64,000 nucleotides of DNA from Phycisphaerae bacterium (GTDB lineage: Bacteria; Planctomycetota; Phycisphaerae; UBA1845), in assembly GCA_963666835.2 (NCBI GenBank), contig CAXXGO010000003.1:576001-640000 (forward strand), in the 5' to 3' direction. The notes below the pieces were generated by a model. It saw only the letters and a list, made by a program, of their open reading frames with translations. It ran no database searches and was not told the DNA's origin. A program made the translations under genes and the position numbers. Shown here one piece after another: positions 1 to 9,944 of this stretch; position 1 is the first letter of the stretch; each line of letters opens with the position of its first letter.

Positions 1-708
1 ATCGTCTGCCTAAGCACTTCGATAGCTCTGGATTCGTGCATGGAGAACGAGCTGGCTTCGGCGCGGGCCGCCATCGAGGAAGTTGTCGAGCTCGCCGCTC
101 AGCTAGCATGCCCGTTTGTGCGCATCCCGGCCGGAGAACTCCAGGTGTTGGACAACAAGCGGTTTGCCGTGTCCAGGATCGCTGCCGAGGTTGCCCAGTT
201 GGTGCCGAGCGTGACTCGGCACAATGTGACCCTGCTGGTGGAGAACGGTGGAGACCTGCCCGGAAGCGAAGCACTCTGGTTCGTTGCTGATGCGGTAAAC
301 CACCCGGCCGTCAAGGTCTGTTGGAGCCAGTGCACCGCCATGACGCTCGGCGAGCGGGCAACGGTATCCCTGCCGCGAATGAGTACGAAACTCGGCTTGG
401 TTCATATCACCGACGCCGAATACGACCGCCGGAACCTCTTGAGCCAGTACAAGCTTCCCGGTCAGGGTCAGACGGAGGTAGCGAAGCAGATCGAGTTACT
501 CAAGGGGCTGATGTACGACGGGTATCTGGTATTCGTCTGGCCGAAAGCTCAGGTCGAGTCATTGCCGGAGCCGGAGGTAGCCCTTCCCGAGGCGTCTGCG
601 TTCCTGCGTGCCTGCTTGGACAGTCAGCAGGACGTTCTCTCCGCCTATAAGATCGACAAACGCAAGGTCAAATTCGCTTCGCGGATCGCGGCTGTCGGAC
701 AGGAGTAG
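1..708 (+). CDS. Sugar phosphate isomerase/epimerase family (xylose isomerase-like TIM barrel), 5'-truncated by the window edge
   Basis: Frame is open from base 1; 'VELAAQLACPFVRI', 'VTLLVEN', 'LVHITD', 'YDGYLVF' resemble the AP_endonuc_2 fold; some metal ligands look degenerate. Confidence 0.7.
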   Translation: MVCLSTSIALDSCMENELASARAAIEEVVELAAQLACPFVRIPAGELQVLDNKRFAVSRIAAEVAQLVPSVTRHNVTLLVENGGDLPGSEALWFVADAVNHPAVKVCWSQCTAMTLGERATVSLPRMSTKLGLVHITDAEYDRRNLLSQYKLPGQGQTEVAKQIELLKGLMYDGYLVFVWPKAQVESLPEPEVALPEASAFLRACLDSQQDVLSAYKIDKRKVKFASRIAAVGQE

Positions 709-772
709 CGCCTCGTAGCGACGCGGGCATGACGGCCGGAGAAGCGCAAGACCTTCAGGAGGAAGTCGCTGA

Positions 773-2128
773 GTGATTCCACGGGTCGTTGTCGCGCTTG
801 GCTGCACGCTAATCGTAGCCGCGGGAGTGGTAGCAGCTTCCGTATCCGGCGGATCGAGACTCTCCTCGCTGCCCCGTTCGGCTGCATTCGGCTGTGCAGC
901 CCTTTCTCTGCTCTGCTCCGGGCTGGTCGCAGCGATGCTACATACAACGAACGAGTGCCCATCCGGAGCTCCCCGTGAGTCGAGTGCAGTCTCTGCGGCG
1001 CGATTGACGGCACTTCTTTCGGCCGTACTGGCATCGACGCTTCTTGTGCTGACCCTCGGCATTCGCATTGTCTACGTAGTCGTGGACCTGCTTCATGTAT
1101 ATCCGTCGGAAGCCGGCGCCGAATTCGGGTACGATATGCTGGGGTTGTGGAGTCTGGGTCTGCTGCTCACATCCTGCGTCATCTCTCAGGTTTCCACCCG
1201 CGATCCGCAACTTCCGGCATGCACGCTGTTGATAGCCACGGTAGCGACGGTGTGGGTGAGTCTCTCGGCTCCGGTCTACCGCATGGCCTCCTTCGGCGGA
1301 GTGGAACAAGCCGGGGCGTCCGCGTTGTTGATGGTCTCGCTGGCAGCATTGCTGGTTGCGGCGGGCCTGTTCGCGGCACTGGCGGCGAGGCGTAACCGCC
1401 CGGGGGAGAAAGTCTCTGCGCCGGCAGGTTCCGCGTCAGTATCCTGGCCGGGGTTTGATCGCACCTGCGGGAGTCTGGCGCTCGCGTTGATTATACTGGC
1501 GGCTTACCAGTTGGCTGTCCCGCTTCCGCTAAGTTGGGGCGGGTTTCGCGGTGCCGCGGGCGTACAGGCCGTCAGCGCCGCCCTGGGTGCCTGTGGATGC
1601 TATCTACTGATTTCGCCCTCGTGGAACGCTCGCCTGGCAGACGCAGTGGGGGCACTCGGTTCGCTCTCGCTGTGCGGGGCGGCCGTGGCGGTCCTCCCGG
1701 AGCAACCGGTCTCTCTTGTTGAACGGTACCCGATGGTGTTTAACGCGATGATTGTCGCTTTGGCTATCGCGGTGGCGATCTGCACGTGGAGTGTTGCCAC
1801 GTGCGGGGCGGGCTGTTCCACGCCTTCTATTCGCGCGAGATTCGTACCGCTCGCCAAGCGATTCGCGTTCATCGACGCCGTCTTTGCCCTGACGGTAGCA
1901 GGCTTGATGGCCCTTTGGCCTCGGATGCGGTCGATCGGCATTCCGGACGACTCCCTGGGTCGAGTGACGGCCGGCTTCGGCGCCAACCTGTTCCTTCTGT
2001 TGGTTATGTTGTGGTGCTCGCGCCGTCTGAAGCGGATGACGCTGCACATTCTGACTCTGCTGGCGCTGCTCTCGGCGGCGGGGTTCATGGTGATGCGGAT
2101 GCGCCCGTTCACCCCCAGTTACGGCTAG
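773..2128 (+). CDS. Hypothetical polytopic membrane protein
   Basis: 451-aa ORF with many hydrophobic segments; AGGAGG upstream of the GTG start. Confidence 0.6.
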   Translation: MIPRVVVALGCTLIVAAGVVAASVSGGSRLSSLPRSAAFGCAALSLLCSGLVAAMLHTTNECPSGAPRESSAVSAARLTALLSAVLASTLLVLTLGIRIVYVVVDLLHVYPSEAGAEFGYDMLGLWSLGLLLTSCVISQVSTRDPQLPACTLLIATVATVWVSLSAPVYRMASFGGVEQAGASALLMVSLAALLVAAGLFAALAARRNRPGEKVSAPAGSASVSWPGFDRTCGSLALALIILAAYQLAVPLPLSWGGFRGAAGVQAVSAALGACGCYLLISPSWNARLADAVGALGSLSLCGAAVAVLPEQPVSLVERYPMVFNAMIVALAIAVAICTWSVATCGAGCSTPSIRARFVPLAKRFAFIDAVFALTVAGLMALWPRMRSIGIPDDSLGRVTAGFGANLFLLLVMLWCSRRLKRMTLHILTLLALLSAAGFMVMRMRPFTPSYG

Positions 2129-2195
2129 AAACAACCGCGCGAATGGAAGCCGGGTCTCGGCCACAATTGCGCGGTCATTGATGGAGCGAATTCTC

Positions 2196-2645
2196 ATGCG
2201 AGCTGTGGTTCAGCGAGTAGACGAGGCGAGAGTGGTCGTGGACGGAACAGTGCACAGCTCGATCGCGCGCGGGCTGTTGGTATACCTCGGGGTCGACCGC
2301 GACGACGGCGAGGCTGACGTGGTGTATCTGGCGGACAAAGTGCGTCATCTACGGATCTTCAGCGACGATGCGGACCGGATGAATCTGAATGTCGGGCAGG
2401 TCGGCGGCGCTGTAATGGTGGTGAGCGCCTTCACCATTCAGGGGGATGCCCGCCGAGGGCGCCGTCCGTCGTTTGAGCAGGCGGCCGCCCCCGATCGAGC
2501 CCTCGTGGTCTACGGAATGTTCTGCGACGCGTTGAGTCAGACCGGGATCCGCGTCGAGCGTGGGAGCTTCGGCAATACGATGGAAGTCCGGTCGGCCAAC
2601 GCCGGGCCCGTATGCATCCTGCTTGAATCGCGCCGGGTGTTCTGA
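2196..2645 (+). CDS. dtd: D-aminoacyl-tRNA deacylase
   Basis: MRAVVQRV start, S(A)FT, GRRPSF and NxGPV (Gly-cisPro) motifs. Confidence 0.95.
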   Translation: MRAVVQRVDEARVVVDGTVHSSIARGLLVYLGVDRDDGEADVVYLADKVRHLRIFSDDADRMNLNVGQVGGAVMVVSAFTIQGDARRGRRPSFEQAAAPDRALVVYGMFCDALSQTGIRVERGSFGNTMEVRSANAGPVCILLESRRVF

Positions 2646-2695
2646 AAGGCCTCGCCCGCAAGCTCGATTGCTCCCTGCGCGCGGCCATGATGAAA

Positions 2696-2752
2696 GGAAG
2701 ACAACCGGCTTCGCTGCCCCCAAATGTCGGGGGCAGGTCACCGGTTGCTTCC
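2696..2752. terminator. Long hairpin between convergent genes, probable bidirectional terminator
   Basis: GGAAG.CAACCGG...CTGCCCCC-loop-GGGGGCAG...CCGGTTG.CTTCC. Confidence 0.5.
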
Positions 2753-2801
2753 CTTCCTCCTGATAAGCTCTCTTGCACTACCTGCGGAAGCTGAGCCCTA
2801 T

Positions 2802-5800
2802 CTACGAGTTGGGGCCGGTGAAGTTGGTCTGCAGGATTGCATAATCGGCAACGTCGACGTCGCAATCGTCGTCAAGATCGCCAACGGTGCTACCATCGGG
2901 ATTAATCTCAGCCCCGTTCGGCGTCAGGTCACAGACATCATCGTCATTGGTCACCCCGTCGCCGTCGATATCGACATCGCAAGCATCACCGGTTCCGTCA
3001 CCGTCGAAGTCTTCCTGGTCCGGATTGGGTTCGCTCGGGCAATTGTCAGAATCATCAACGACTCCATCACCATCAGAATCGTTCAGTATCGTCAGATCGA
3101 TATCGTCGACCACCCCGTCGCAATTGAAGTCGCCATCCGCCCAACCGCAACTGTCATCGCTGTTGCATCCGGCGGAGCCGGCCGCCATAGTCGCCAGAAC
3201 GATGACCTCATCATCAGTATTCCGAACACCATCCAGATTGGCGTCACCGTACTCGGTTCCCAGGATGACCTCTACTAGCTCCCGGACGTCCTCGGTGTCG
3301 ACCGCCATGTCGCCATTCATATCACAGCTCAGGTCCATCATCACGGCCTCAGCCAGATTCGACCAATCTCCCAGATTGCGGCAAACATAGTCAATATCGC
3401 GCGAATCGACCAAGCCGTCCCAACCCAACGGTTGAGCTCCGGCCACAGGACCAGTCTTCGTATCGCCGGCAACATCGCCGCGGAAATCTCCGGGAGCGTA
3501 GGCCTTGCCGGTCTTCAGAAGGCCGCCGATGTCAGTCGGAGCGTTGAAAGTCGGGTCGGCGGGCGGGGCCGCCGGCGGAACGAGTTGAGGTCCCCGATCA
3601 GCCCAAGGATAGGGCAGGCCGACGTCCGCCAGCGCCAGGTCAATAGCAACCGCTCCATCCTTCCGGTTGAGTTGTCCGTCGTTCATGGCCAGCCCATCGG
3701 CAAAGTAGCGCAGATCCTCCTTCGTCAGGTTCCCATCGCCGTCAAAGTCGCCGATCACTTCGGGAATCGCGTTATCCGCGTCCATATCGCCGATATCGCC
3801 GGATCCGGTCGCAACACCGGTGCGTTGCCAGCTTCGCGGCGCGAAGAAAGCCTTGACTAACTCGGTAGCATCATCCAGATCTCGAACGGCATCACCGTTG
3901 AAGTCGCCTTGGATCCGGTTCCGTTCCGCCAACTCCAATCCGGAGCTCACCGTGTCATAGCCGGCACCATCCCAGTAGTAGTAGCTGCCTGTACCGGAGC
4001 CGTCGGAATAGACCCCGCGACGCGACAATAGCGAGTTACGTTTGGGCACGAGCCCGGCTTCGTTGTTGGAGCCGTATGGATCCGTGTCGCCGCCCCAACC
4101 CATGCCGTTGTAGCGGCGTGCGAACTCTTGAAGGTCTGCGTTCGGCAGCACCCGTTCCGGATACTCGGTCGGATTCAGTACGTTGTGGACACAGTCAATA
4201 CCAGCGGGCAAAAAGAACGTGGTAGCCAAGTCCTGCCCCGGCATATTCGCAGCAGACTTGCAGTAGTCGGCGGGATACATGTGGCAATCGCTGTCGTGAA
4301 CGCACTCTTGAATCACACAGTGGTTCTCATTACCTGGACAATCCCCGTCCGCGACGCAAACGACTGCACAATCTCCAGTCAGTCCGGCGGCGACACAGTC
4401 GTCGTCGCCGTCGCATGCTATCGTTGGATCCTCCACGCACACCGCGGTCTCGCACACTCGGCTAGTGTTGCAGATATCCTCCTCCACGCCGGTGGTGAAG
4501 TCATCGATAGCATCGAAGATGTTGTTCAAGTACTCCGCAACCTGCTGATTGTCCAAAGGTGGATTGCTTGCTGCTACAGCAGTGTCATACTTATCCCGAT
4601 GACTCCAAACGCAGAGATCATTCGACGTCGCGCAATCCTGGTCATCGAAACACATCTCGGGGTTTGCGCTACCCAGGGTCGACTCGCACCATCCGTGTCG
4701 ATTCCGGTTCGGATCACCTCGCACACTGAAGGAGCCGCTCCCGGCAATCTGATAACCGAGGCACGGATCGCAATTGTCCAGAATCGCGTCAATCGTCGGA
4801 CGAACGTAGTTGTCCGGCGTATTGCAGGCGGTTTCCCCTGTGTCCTTCCACACGCCGAGAATCTCGTACTTCCCGCCCCGGGCGTCCTTAGCCGCGCGGC
4901 TCGAGCCGGCCACCCCGGTATATCCGACAGCCAGGCGTCGATTCTGCACGGCGTTTTCCATAATACTCGATCCACCGCAGTTCGATGCTTGATGATCGGG
5001 ACCGAGATTAGTCAGACTGGTGATCTTGACTTCGTCGCCGATGTTATCCCCACGACCCCAACTCGTGTCGATCCCGAGAGTACTCATCGCTGCGTTACGC
5101 GTACCGGAGCCAACGTCACGAGTGGCGGCCACGAGGTTCTCACCGTTGGGCAAGCGCCCGCTGGTGAAGAGATACTGGGCCTCGCTGAACTTGACGCTGT
5201 CCCGGCCCGTACCACGATTCGAGATAATGGCTACCGGCACCCACGCCGCCACAAAGTCGAAGATCGTATCTTCGTTGGGGTCGGGGTTCGCCGGATTGTC
5301 AGACCGCCACGTATTCAGCGACTTGCTCACGTCGCGCAGAACACAGGTCTCGCCTTCCGGGCAGTCGCCGTCCTCCCCGCACGGATCGCCGCTCGTATCG
5401 CACCAACCGAAAACACAAATCTCGACTGGCTCACAGGTTTGGCCGTGATTGCAGGCGTAGTCGCCGCAGCACGCCCGACCGGTGAAACTCGTTCCGTCGT
5501 GGCACTCCTTCAGAGGGCAGTGGTCTTCGGCGGAGTAGCAGGGCATCGGTACGCAGGGCCCGTTAAGCCCCAAGGCCGTGCAATCCGAGGTAGACTCGCA
5601 AGATGTCCGATGGTCATCTCCGCACCAATTGCTGCTGCTGCAAGCCCCTAGCTCTCTTGTTAGACTCGCAAGTTGGCTGATGTTTCCACTGGACGACGGG
5701 ACCGGGCACGTTCCATACCCATCCCCGGCCGGTGGAGTATCCCAGGCAGCGGCACCTTCCGGTCCACGCACGCCCCACGCCCCCGGCACGTCCATGAATG

Positions 5801-6404
5801 CGAATTCGATTTCGCACGGTACGAAGGGCGTCCCACTGCAATGGGTCCCAACGGACTCCGGGATACCCTCGGAACAATACTCGTAGTGTTGAATAAGGCC
5901 GCGTTCCGTCGGCGGCAATACCGGGATTGCTCCGATTGTCTGATTCTCGACGAACTCGTTGAGCCCGTTAACCGAACCGACACTGCGATACTGGAACATC
6001 CACCACCACGGTTGGGTCTGCGGATACATTCCCACCAGTTGGTCCGTGAAAGGAAAAGTCGGCAGTTGTCCTGCAAAACCATCGCCATCGACGTCGATCC
6101 AGTCGTTTGTGGAAGCGGGCCGACTGAAGAAATCGGCAAACAGGCTTGCTCCCGACCCACTGACCTGACCCCCATCGGTCAAGAACCCGGGTTCGTTGAT
6201 CGGGCCTTCCGTGCAGCAGCCGTTATCAAAAACGCACACCTCGCCATCAGTGCAATCCGCATCCTCCCAACAGGGCAGCAACGTCCCCGAGCCGGCGGAG
6301 GAAGCGTCATCACAGTAGCCCACGCAGTCCGCCACAGTCCTCGTTGACCAAGATAACATCATCCCGCACACAGCAAGCAACCACGCCATTCTCGCTCGTT
6401 TCAT
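2802..6404 (-). CDS. Large secreted PstS-like phosphate-binding-fold protein with Cys-rich inserts, dockerin-like and thrombospondin type-3 repeats
   Basis: Signal peptide; colinear PstS motifs [42 protein letters not shown]; about 9 CxxDxDC-type repeats; GDxNxDG dockerin-like loops; [18 protein letters not shown]3 repeats. Confidence 0.75.
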   Translation of the reverse strand: MKRARMAWLLAVCGMMLSWSTRTVADCVGYCDDASSAGSGTLLPCWEDADCTDGEVCVFDNGCCTEGPINEPGFLTDGGQVSGSGASLFADFFSRPASTNDWIDVDGDGFAGQLPTFPFTDQLVGMYPQTQPWWWMFQYRSVGSVNGLNEFVENQTIGAIPVLPPTERGLIQHYEYCSEGIPESVGTHCSGTPFVPCEIEFAFMDVPGAWGVRGPEGAAAWDTPPAGDGYGTCPVPSSSGNISQLASLTRELGACSSSNWCGDDHRTSCESTSDCTALGLNGPCVPMPCYSAEDHCPLKECHDGTSFTGRACCGDYACNHGQTCEPVEICVFGWCDTSGDPCGEDGDCPEGETCVLRDVSKSLNTWRSDNPANPDPNEDTIFDFVAAWVPVAIISNRGTGRDSVKFSEAQYLFTSGRLPNGENLVAATRDVGSGTRNAAMSTLGIDTSWGRGDNIGDEVKITSLTNLGPDHQASNCGGSSIMENAVQNRRLAVGYTGVAGSSRAAKDARGGKYEILGVWKDTGETACNTPDNYVRPTIDAILDNCDPCLGYQIAGSGSFSVRGDPNRNRHGWCESTLGSANPEMCFDDQDCATSNDLCVWSHRDKYDTAVAASNPPLDNQQVAEYLNNIFDAIDDFTTGVEEDICNTSRVCETAVCVEDPTIACDGDDDCVAAGLTGDCAVVCVADGDCPGNENHCVIQECVHDSDCHMYPADYCKSAANMPGQDLATTFFLPAGIDCVHNVLNPTEYPERVLPNADLQEFARRYNGMGWGGDTDPYGSNNEAGLVPKRNSLLSRRGVYSDGSGTGSYYYWDGAGYDTVSSGLELAERNRIQGDFNGDAVRDLDDATELVKAFFAPRSWQRTGVATGSGDIGDMDADNAIPEVIGDFDGDGNLTKEDLRYFADGLAMNDGQLNRKDGAVAIDLALADVGLPYPWADRGPQLVPPAAPPADPTFNAPTDIGGLLKTGKAYAPGDFRGDVAGDTKTGPVAGAQPLGWDGLVDSRDIDYVCRNLGDWSNLAEAVMMDLSCDMNGDMAVDTEDVRELVEVILGTEYGDANLDGVRNTDDEVIVLATMAAGSAGCNSDDSCGWADGDFNCDGVVDDIDLTILNDSDGDGVVDDSDNCPSEPNPDQEDFDGDGTGDACDVDIDGDGVTNDDDVCDLTPNGAEINPDGSTVGDLDDDCDVDVADYAILQTNFTGPNS

Positions 6405-6477
6405 CGTCGGTCCTTTCTCTCTGCCTGTCCTTCCTTTTTCCCTCCACCGAATTCACTCCACCCCACCTTTGCTAGCA

Positions 6478-7542
6478 TCAATCGTCCATCATATTCGGGT
6501 CCATATTCAGAACGTCACTGGCGCCGGTCAGGGAGTAGTATCGGTCACCCCACAAGCGTTTGCGGACGGACTCCAACGGCATCAAGGGCTCAACGTGTCC
6601 GTCGCAAAACAAGAAGTTCGCGGTCCCGCCGAATCGCTCTCGAAGTCGCTTATCCCCGCCGGGATGATGGCGTCCGACAGCGTTCATCTGCGATACCCCC
6701 GAACTGTGATCGAGGATGTTGACTTTGTTCTTGACATCCTTGCTCTCGAGCAGTCCATAAGTCACTTGGTCATGCTGGAGTCCGTACAAGAAGCCCGACG
6801 CCTGGGGAGCGGCCTCGTATTCGTTGAAGCCGGATCCCACATGGTAGAACGGGTTCACCGGGCGATGCGATTTAACGAGGACCCCCTCGCCGGTTTGAAT
6901 ACCTAGAGCCCGCCAGTTATTGAGGAACTCTGTGGCAACGATGGTCTTTCCCGCCGACCGTATCCGGTTCTCGCGAACAAACTGATTCACGCGTTGGCCA
7001 CCGGACAGTTCCGGCGTGAACTTGTTGCGAGGAATGATCGCCGCGTTGGCGGTGTAGGCCATTCGCGAAGCCTGTTTATCCTGTAGCTCATTCGGCTTGT
7101 CGTCCGAGTTCTGATCTACCTGTTCACCCATTTCCCAATCACTCTCGACCAATCCGGGGTTTGTCCGCGGAGCTCCTCCATGCTCCATCTCCGGGCACTG
7201 AAAGGCCTTTGTCGCTGCCTCACCGGCTTCATACAGGAAGTATGACCAGTGGATGTAGCCGTGTGGATGATTGGCCGTCTGGCTGGCGAGGGACCAGTTG
7301 CCTTCTTCGTCGTCCGGATACAGATAAGCGGTCGGGTACGTCGAGTTCGATACATACAAGTAGTTTGCCAGCGCCTTTCCGATGTGATTAAGATTAGTCG
7401 CGCAAACCACAGCGCGGGTGTGCTTGCGCGCATGACTCAAACTGGGGAGCAGAATCGCCATGAGCATGGCAATGATCGAGATCACCACCAGTAGCTCGAT
7501 GATCGTGAACGCTCCACAAGAAGGCCCTCGATACTTAGTCAT
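6478..7542 (-). CDS. Prepilin-type N-terminal cleavage/methylation domain protein with C-terminal H-X9-DG-type motif (DUF1559-like)
   Basis: AFTIIELLVVISIIAMLMAILLPSL..AR...C..NL..IG; FQCP; RH...ANFLFCDGHVE; AAGGAG RBS. Confidence 0.9.
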   Translation of the reverse strand: MTKYRGPSCGAFTIIELLVVISIIAMLMAILLPSLSHARKHTRAVVCATNLNHIGKALANYLYVSNSTYPTAYLYPDDEEGNWSLASQTANHPHGYIHWSYFLYEAGEAATKAFQCPEMEHGGAPRTNPGLVESDWEMGEQVDQNSDDKPNELQDKQASRMAYTANAAIIPRNKFTPELSGGQRVNQFVRENRIRSAGKTIVATEFLNNWRALGIQTGEGVLVKSHRPVNPFYHVGSGFNEYEAAPQASGFLYGLQHDQVTYGLLESKDVKNKVNILDHSSGVSQMNAVGRHHPGGDKRLRERFGGTANFLFCDGHVEPLMPLESVRKRLWGDRYYSLTGASDVLNMDPNMMDD

Positions 7543-7632
7543 CTCCGATGCTCCTTTGCAAACGTGCAGGTACGTCTCACAACCCGGGCAACTGCGATCG
7601 GCCGCACCCCGGACAACCCGACCGCCTGCAGG

Positions 7633-7687
7633 ATTCTCGGAATGCTCAGTTAAGGAAGGATGAGCCGTTTGTTAAACTTCGGTCAAG
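7633..7687 (-). promoter_or_regulatory. Pho-box-like array (4 direct repeats, 11-bp period) plus a -10-like hexamer
   Basis: Minus strand reads CTTGACCGAAG TTTAACAAACG GCTCATCCTTC CTTAAC-N10-GAGAAT; cores start at + positions 7682, 7671, 7660 and 7649. Confidence 0.65.
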
Positions 7688-7808
7688 TTCGGGGCAGCCG
7701 TAGTCAGCCCCGGCGTTGGACCGCAAGAAAGGACGGCGGCGCGGTGAATAACGACCGCAGAAATGGGGACCGAGACAACACGGGAAGCGGTTTGCGACGC
7801 GGTTCGTA

Positions 7809-8279
7809 CTAAGTAACCGGCGCCAACGCCGGCGGGATCATCCACGATACCGCCCAACCCTCCGCATCAACGCGCGAAAGACAGGCAACCGTACCGGCGG
7901 GAAACCGAAAGAGAGAAGCCGCGCCCTCCCCCACAATAAGATACGCAGCCAGGCAGCCAATAAACGGCAGGTGACTGACGACCATCACATCTTCGGTCCA
8001 CTCAGTAATCGTAGCAGCAAAGGCCTCCACGGAGTCGTCGGGCGCCAGTCCCTCAACGGCGGACACGCTTCGACCGGCGGCGACTACCTCGGCCAGCAAT
8101 TCGGCCGTTTCCTGCGCTCGCGTTTTGCCGCTGTGGACTATCCGGTCAACACGGACCCCGGCCCGCCCCAGCCACGCGGCAACCCGTTGGACTTCGGCGC
8201 GCCCGCGGGCACTCAACGGCCGCTCGGGATCCACCTCTTTCGCCACAGCATCACCGTGTCGCACCAGGTAGATTCGCAT
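7809..8279 (-). CDS. sixA: Phosphohistidine phosphatase SixA
   Basis: LVRHGDA, RPLS, RAQETA and VSHLP motifs. Confidence 0.92.
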   Translation of the reverse strand: MRIYLVRHGDAVAKEVDPERPLSARGRAEVQRVAAWLGRAGVRVDRIVHSGKTRAQETAELLAEVVAAGRSVSAVEGLAPDDSVEAFAATITEWTEDVMVVSHLPFIGCLAAYLIVGEGAASLFRFPAGTVACLSRVDAEGWAVSWMIPPALAPVT

Positions 8280-8354
8280 GGTGTTCCGCCTTTCGCCACG
8301 TACAGAAAGCGCTCCAACTACGTCGCGAGAACGGTTACCGCATCCCAGAGAAAG

Positions 8355-9137
8355 TCAGGAGTCTGCGGCAGCCTGCTGCGTCACTCGGTCGATTCCTTCG
8401 AACAGGGCCGATCCGATCCGCACAAGCGTTGCTCCGTACTCGATTCCGTATTCGAAATCGCCGCTCATTCCCAGCGACAGCTCTCTGAAGCGCGGGCCGC
8501 AAATACGCTCGGCAACGAACTCGTCGAATAGCTCCCGCACCCGTTCAAAGGTGTGCCGAGTCACGGTCTCGTCATCGGTCAAAGGCCCCATAGCCATGAG
8601 GCCACGAATGTCGATGTTCTTCAGTGACCGGAGCTGCTCGGCCAGATGGGTAGCCGCAGCCACGGCGATGCCGTGCTTGGCCGGTTCGCCCGATGCGTTG
8701 ACCTCCAGAAGAACCGGAACGACCCGCTTTAGTTTCCCCGCCCGAGCGTCAATCTCTTCTGCAAGCCGCAGGCTGTCCAAGGAGTGGATCATGTCGATCC
8801 AGGGCAGAACCGTCTTGACCTTATTGCGTTGGAGATGGCCCACCATGTGCCAGTGCGGCCGGGGCTTTGCGTCCAGCGAAGGGTTCCGCGCGCGCCGCGC
8901 CAACCACTCGTTAACCATACCGGCGCGCTTGGCCAGCTCCTGGACGCGGCTCTCCCCGAGATGGGGCACCCCCATCTCGACCATCGTCCGCACCACATCG
9001 ATACTGACGTACTTCGTGATCGCCACGAGCGTAACGCTCTCTCTGTCACGACCCGCCCGGCAACACGCGTCTGCGATCCGCTGTTCGACCCGCTTGAGAT
9101 TCTCGGCGAGCTTCCGTCTTACAGCTACCTGTTCCAT
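8355..9137 (-). CDS. yggS: PLP homeostasis protein, YggS family
   Basis: LVAITK, WHMVGHLQRNK, GLMAM, LSLGMSGDFE, GATLVRIGSALF. Confidence 0.95.
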   Translation of the reverse strand: MEQVAVRRKLAENLKRVEQRIADACCRAGRDRESVTLVAITKYVSIDVVRTMVEMGVPHLGESRVQELAKRAGMVNEWLARRARNPSLDAKPRPHWHMVGHLQRNKVKTVLPWIDMIHSLDSLRLAEEIDARAGKLKRVVPVLLEVNASGEPAKHGIAVAAATHLAEQLRSLKNIDIRGLMAMGPLTDDETVTRHTFERVRELFDEFVAERICGPRFRELSLGMSGDFEYGIEYGATLVRIGSALFEGIDRVTQQAAADS

Positions 9138-9329
9138 GGCCTCTTGTACTCCCTGGCAACGGCCTGACGCCGACTACCCGCCCCGGTAGTATAACGGCGG
9201 CCGGCGGATCAGACCAAACCGCAGTCGGCCGCCAGTTCCGCCGACGATCCTCGCCCTCAGCCGCCGTCGTCGCGGTGATATCCGCGCCGGGGCTTGAACA
9301 ACGCACCGGTCAACGGGAGGATTAGGCCC

Positions 9330-9938
9330 ATGGCGTCAATCGAAGAAATCATCGTCGACCCCCCGGAGGAAGGTGCCGTAGGCGATCCTGCCGTGTGGTT
9401 CGGATCACCGGGCCCTTTCGAACTTGAAATCGGCAGTGGAAAGGGTGGATTCCTTCTGAGCCGAGCCCGGGCTCGGCCCGATGTCCGGCTGCTCGGCGTC
9501 GAGTGGGCCAGCAAGTTCTTCCGTTTCTGTGCGGACCGCATGGCCCGCTGGGGTCTTGAGAATGTTCGCGTCATGCGTACGGACGCCAAGTTCCTTGTTC
9601 TGCGGCAGTTGCCGCCCGAGTGCGTATCGGTTCTACACTTGTACCACCCCGACCCCTGGCCTAAGAAACGTCACCACAAGCGGCGCTTGGTACAGGCGGA
9701 TTTCGTGGAGGCGGCCGTAGAGGCTCTGGTCCCGGCGGGACGGTGGCTCATCCAGTCAGACCATCAGGAGTATTTTGAACAGATGGCCACCCTGCTCGGA
9801 GGACATCCCGCATTGCAGAGCCTGACGTGGGAAGACGGGCGCTGTGCGGTCGACCCTGACTGGGCCGGTACGAACTTCGAAATCAAGTACACTCGCGAAG
9901 GACGACCCATCTACCGCGCCGCTTTCAGGTTGAAATAG
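9330..9938 (+). CDS. trmB: tRNA (guanine-N7)-methyltransferase
   Basis: EIGSGKG, PDPWPKKRHHKRRL, TNFEIKY; GGAGG RBS before ATG 9330. Confidence 0.95.
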   Translation: MASIEEIIVDPPEEGAVGDPAVWFGSPGPFELEIGSGKGGFLLSRARARPDVRLLGVEWASKFFRFCADRMARWGLENVRVMRTDAKFLVLRQLPPECVSVLHLYHPDPWPKKRHHKRRLVQADFVEAAVEALVPAGRWLIQSDHQEYFEQMATLLGGHPALQSLTWEDGRCAVDPDWAGTNFEIKYTREGRPIYRAAFRLK

Positions 9939-9944
9939 CGCCGG

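Noticed and set aside
4128..5651. Long antisense ORFs (e.g. 4128..5651, 35165..36679, 32876..34033, 19370..20269)
   Set aside because: Shadows of well-supported genes in high-GC DNA, with no motifs
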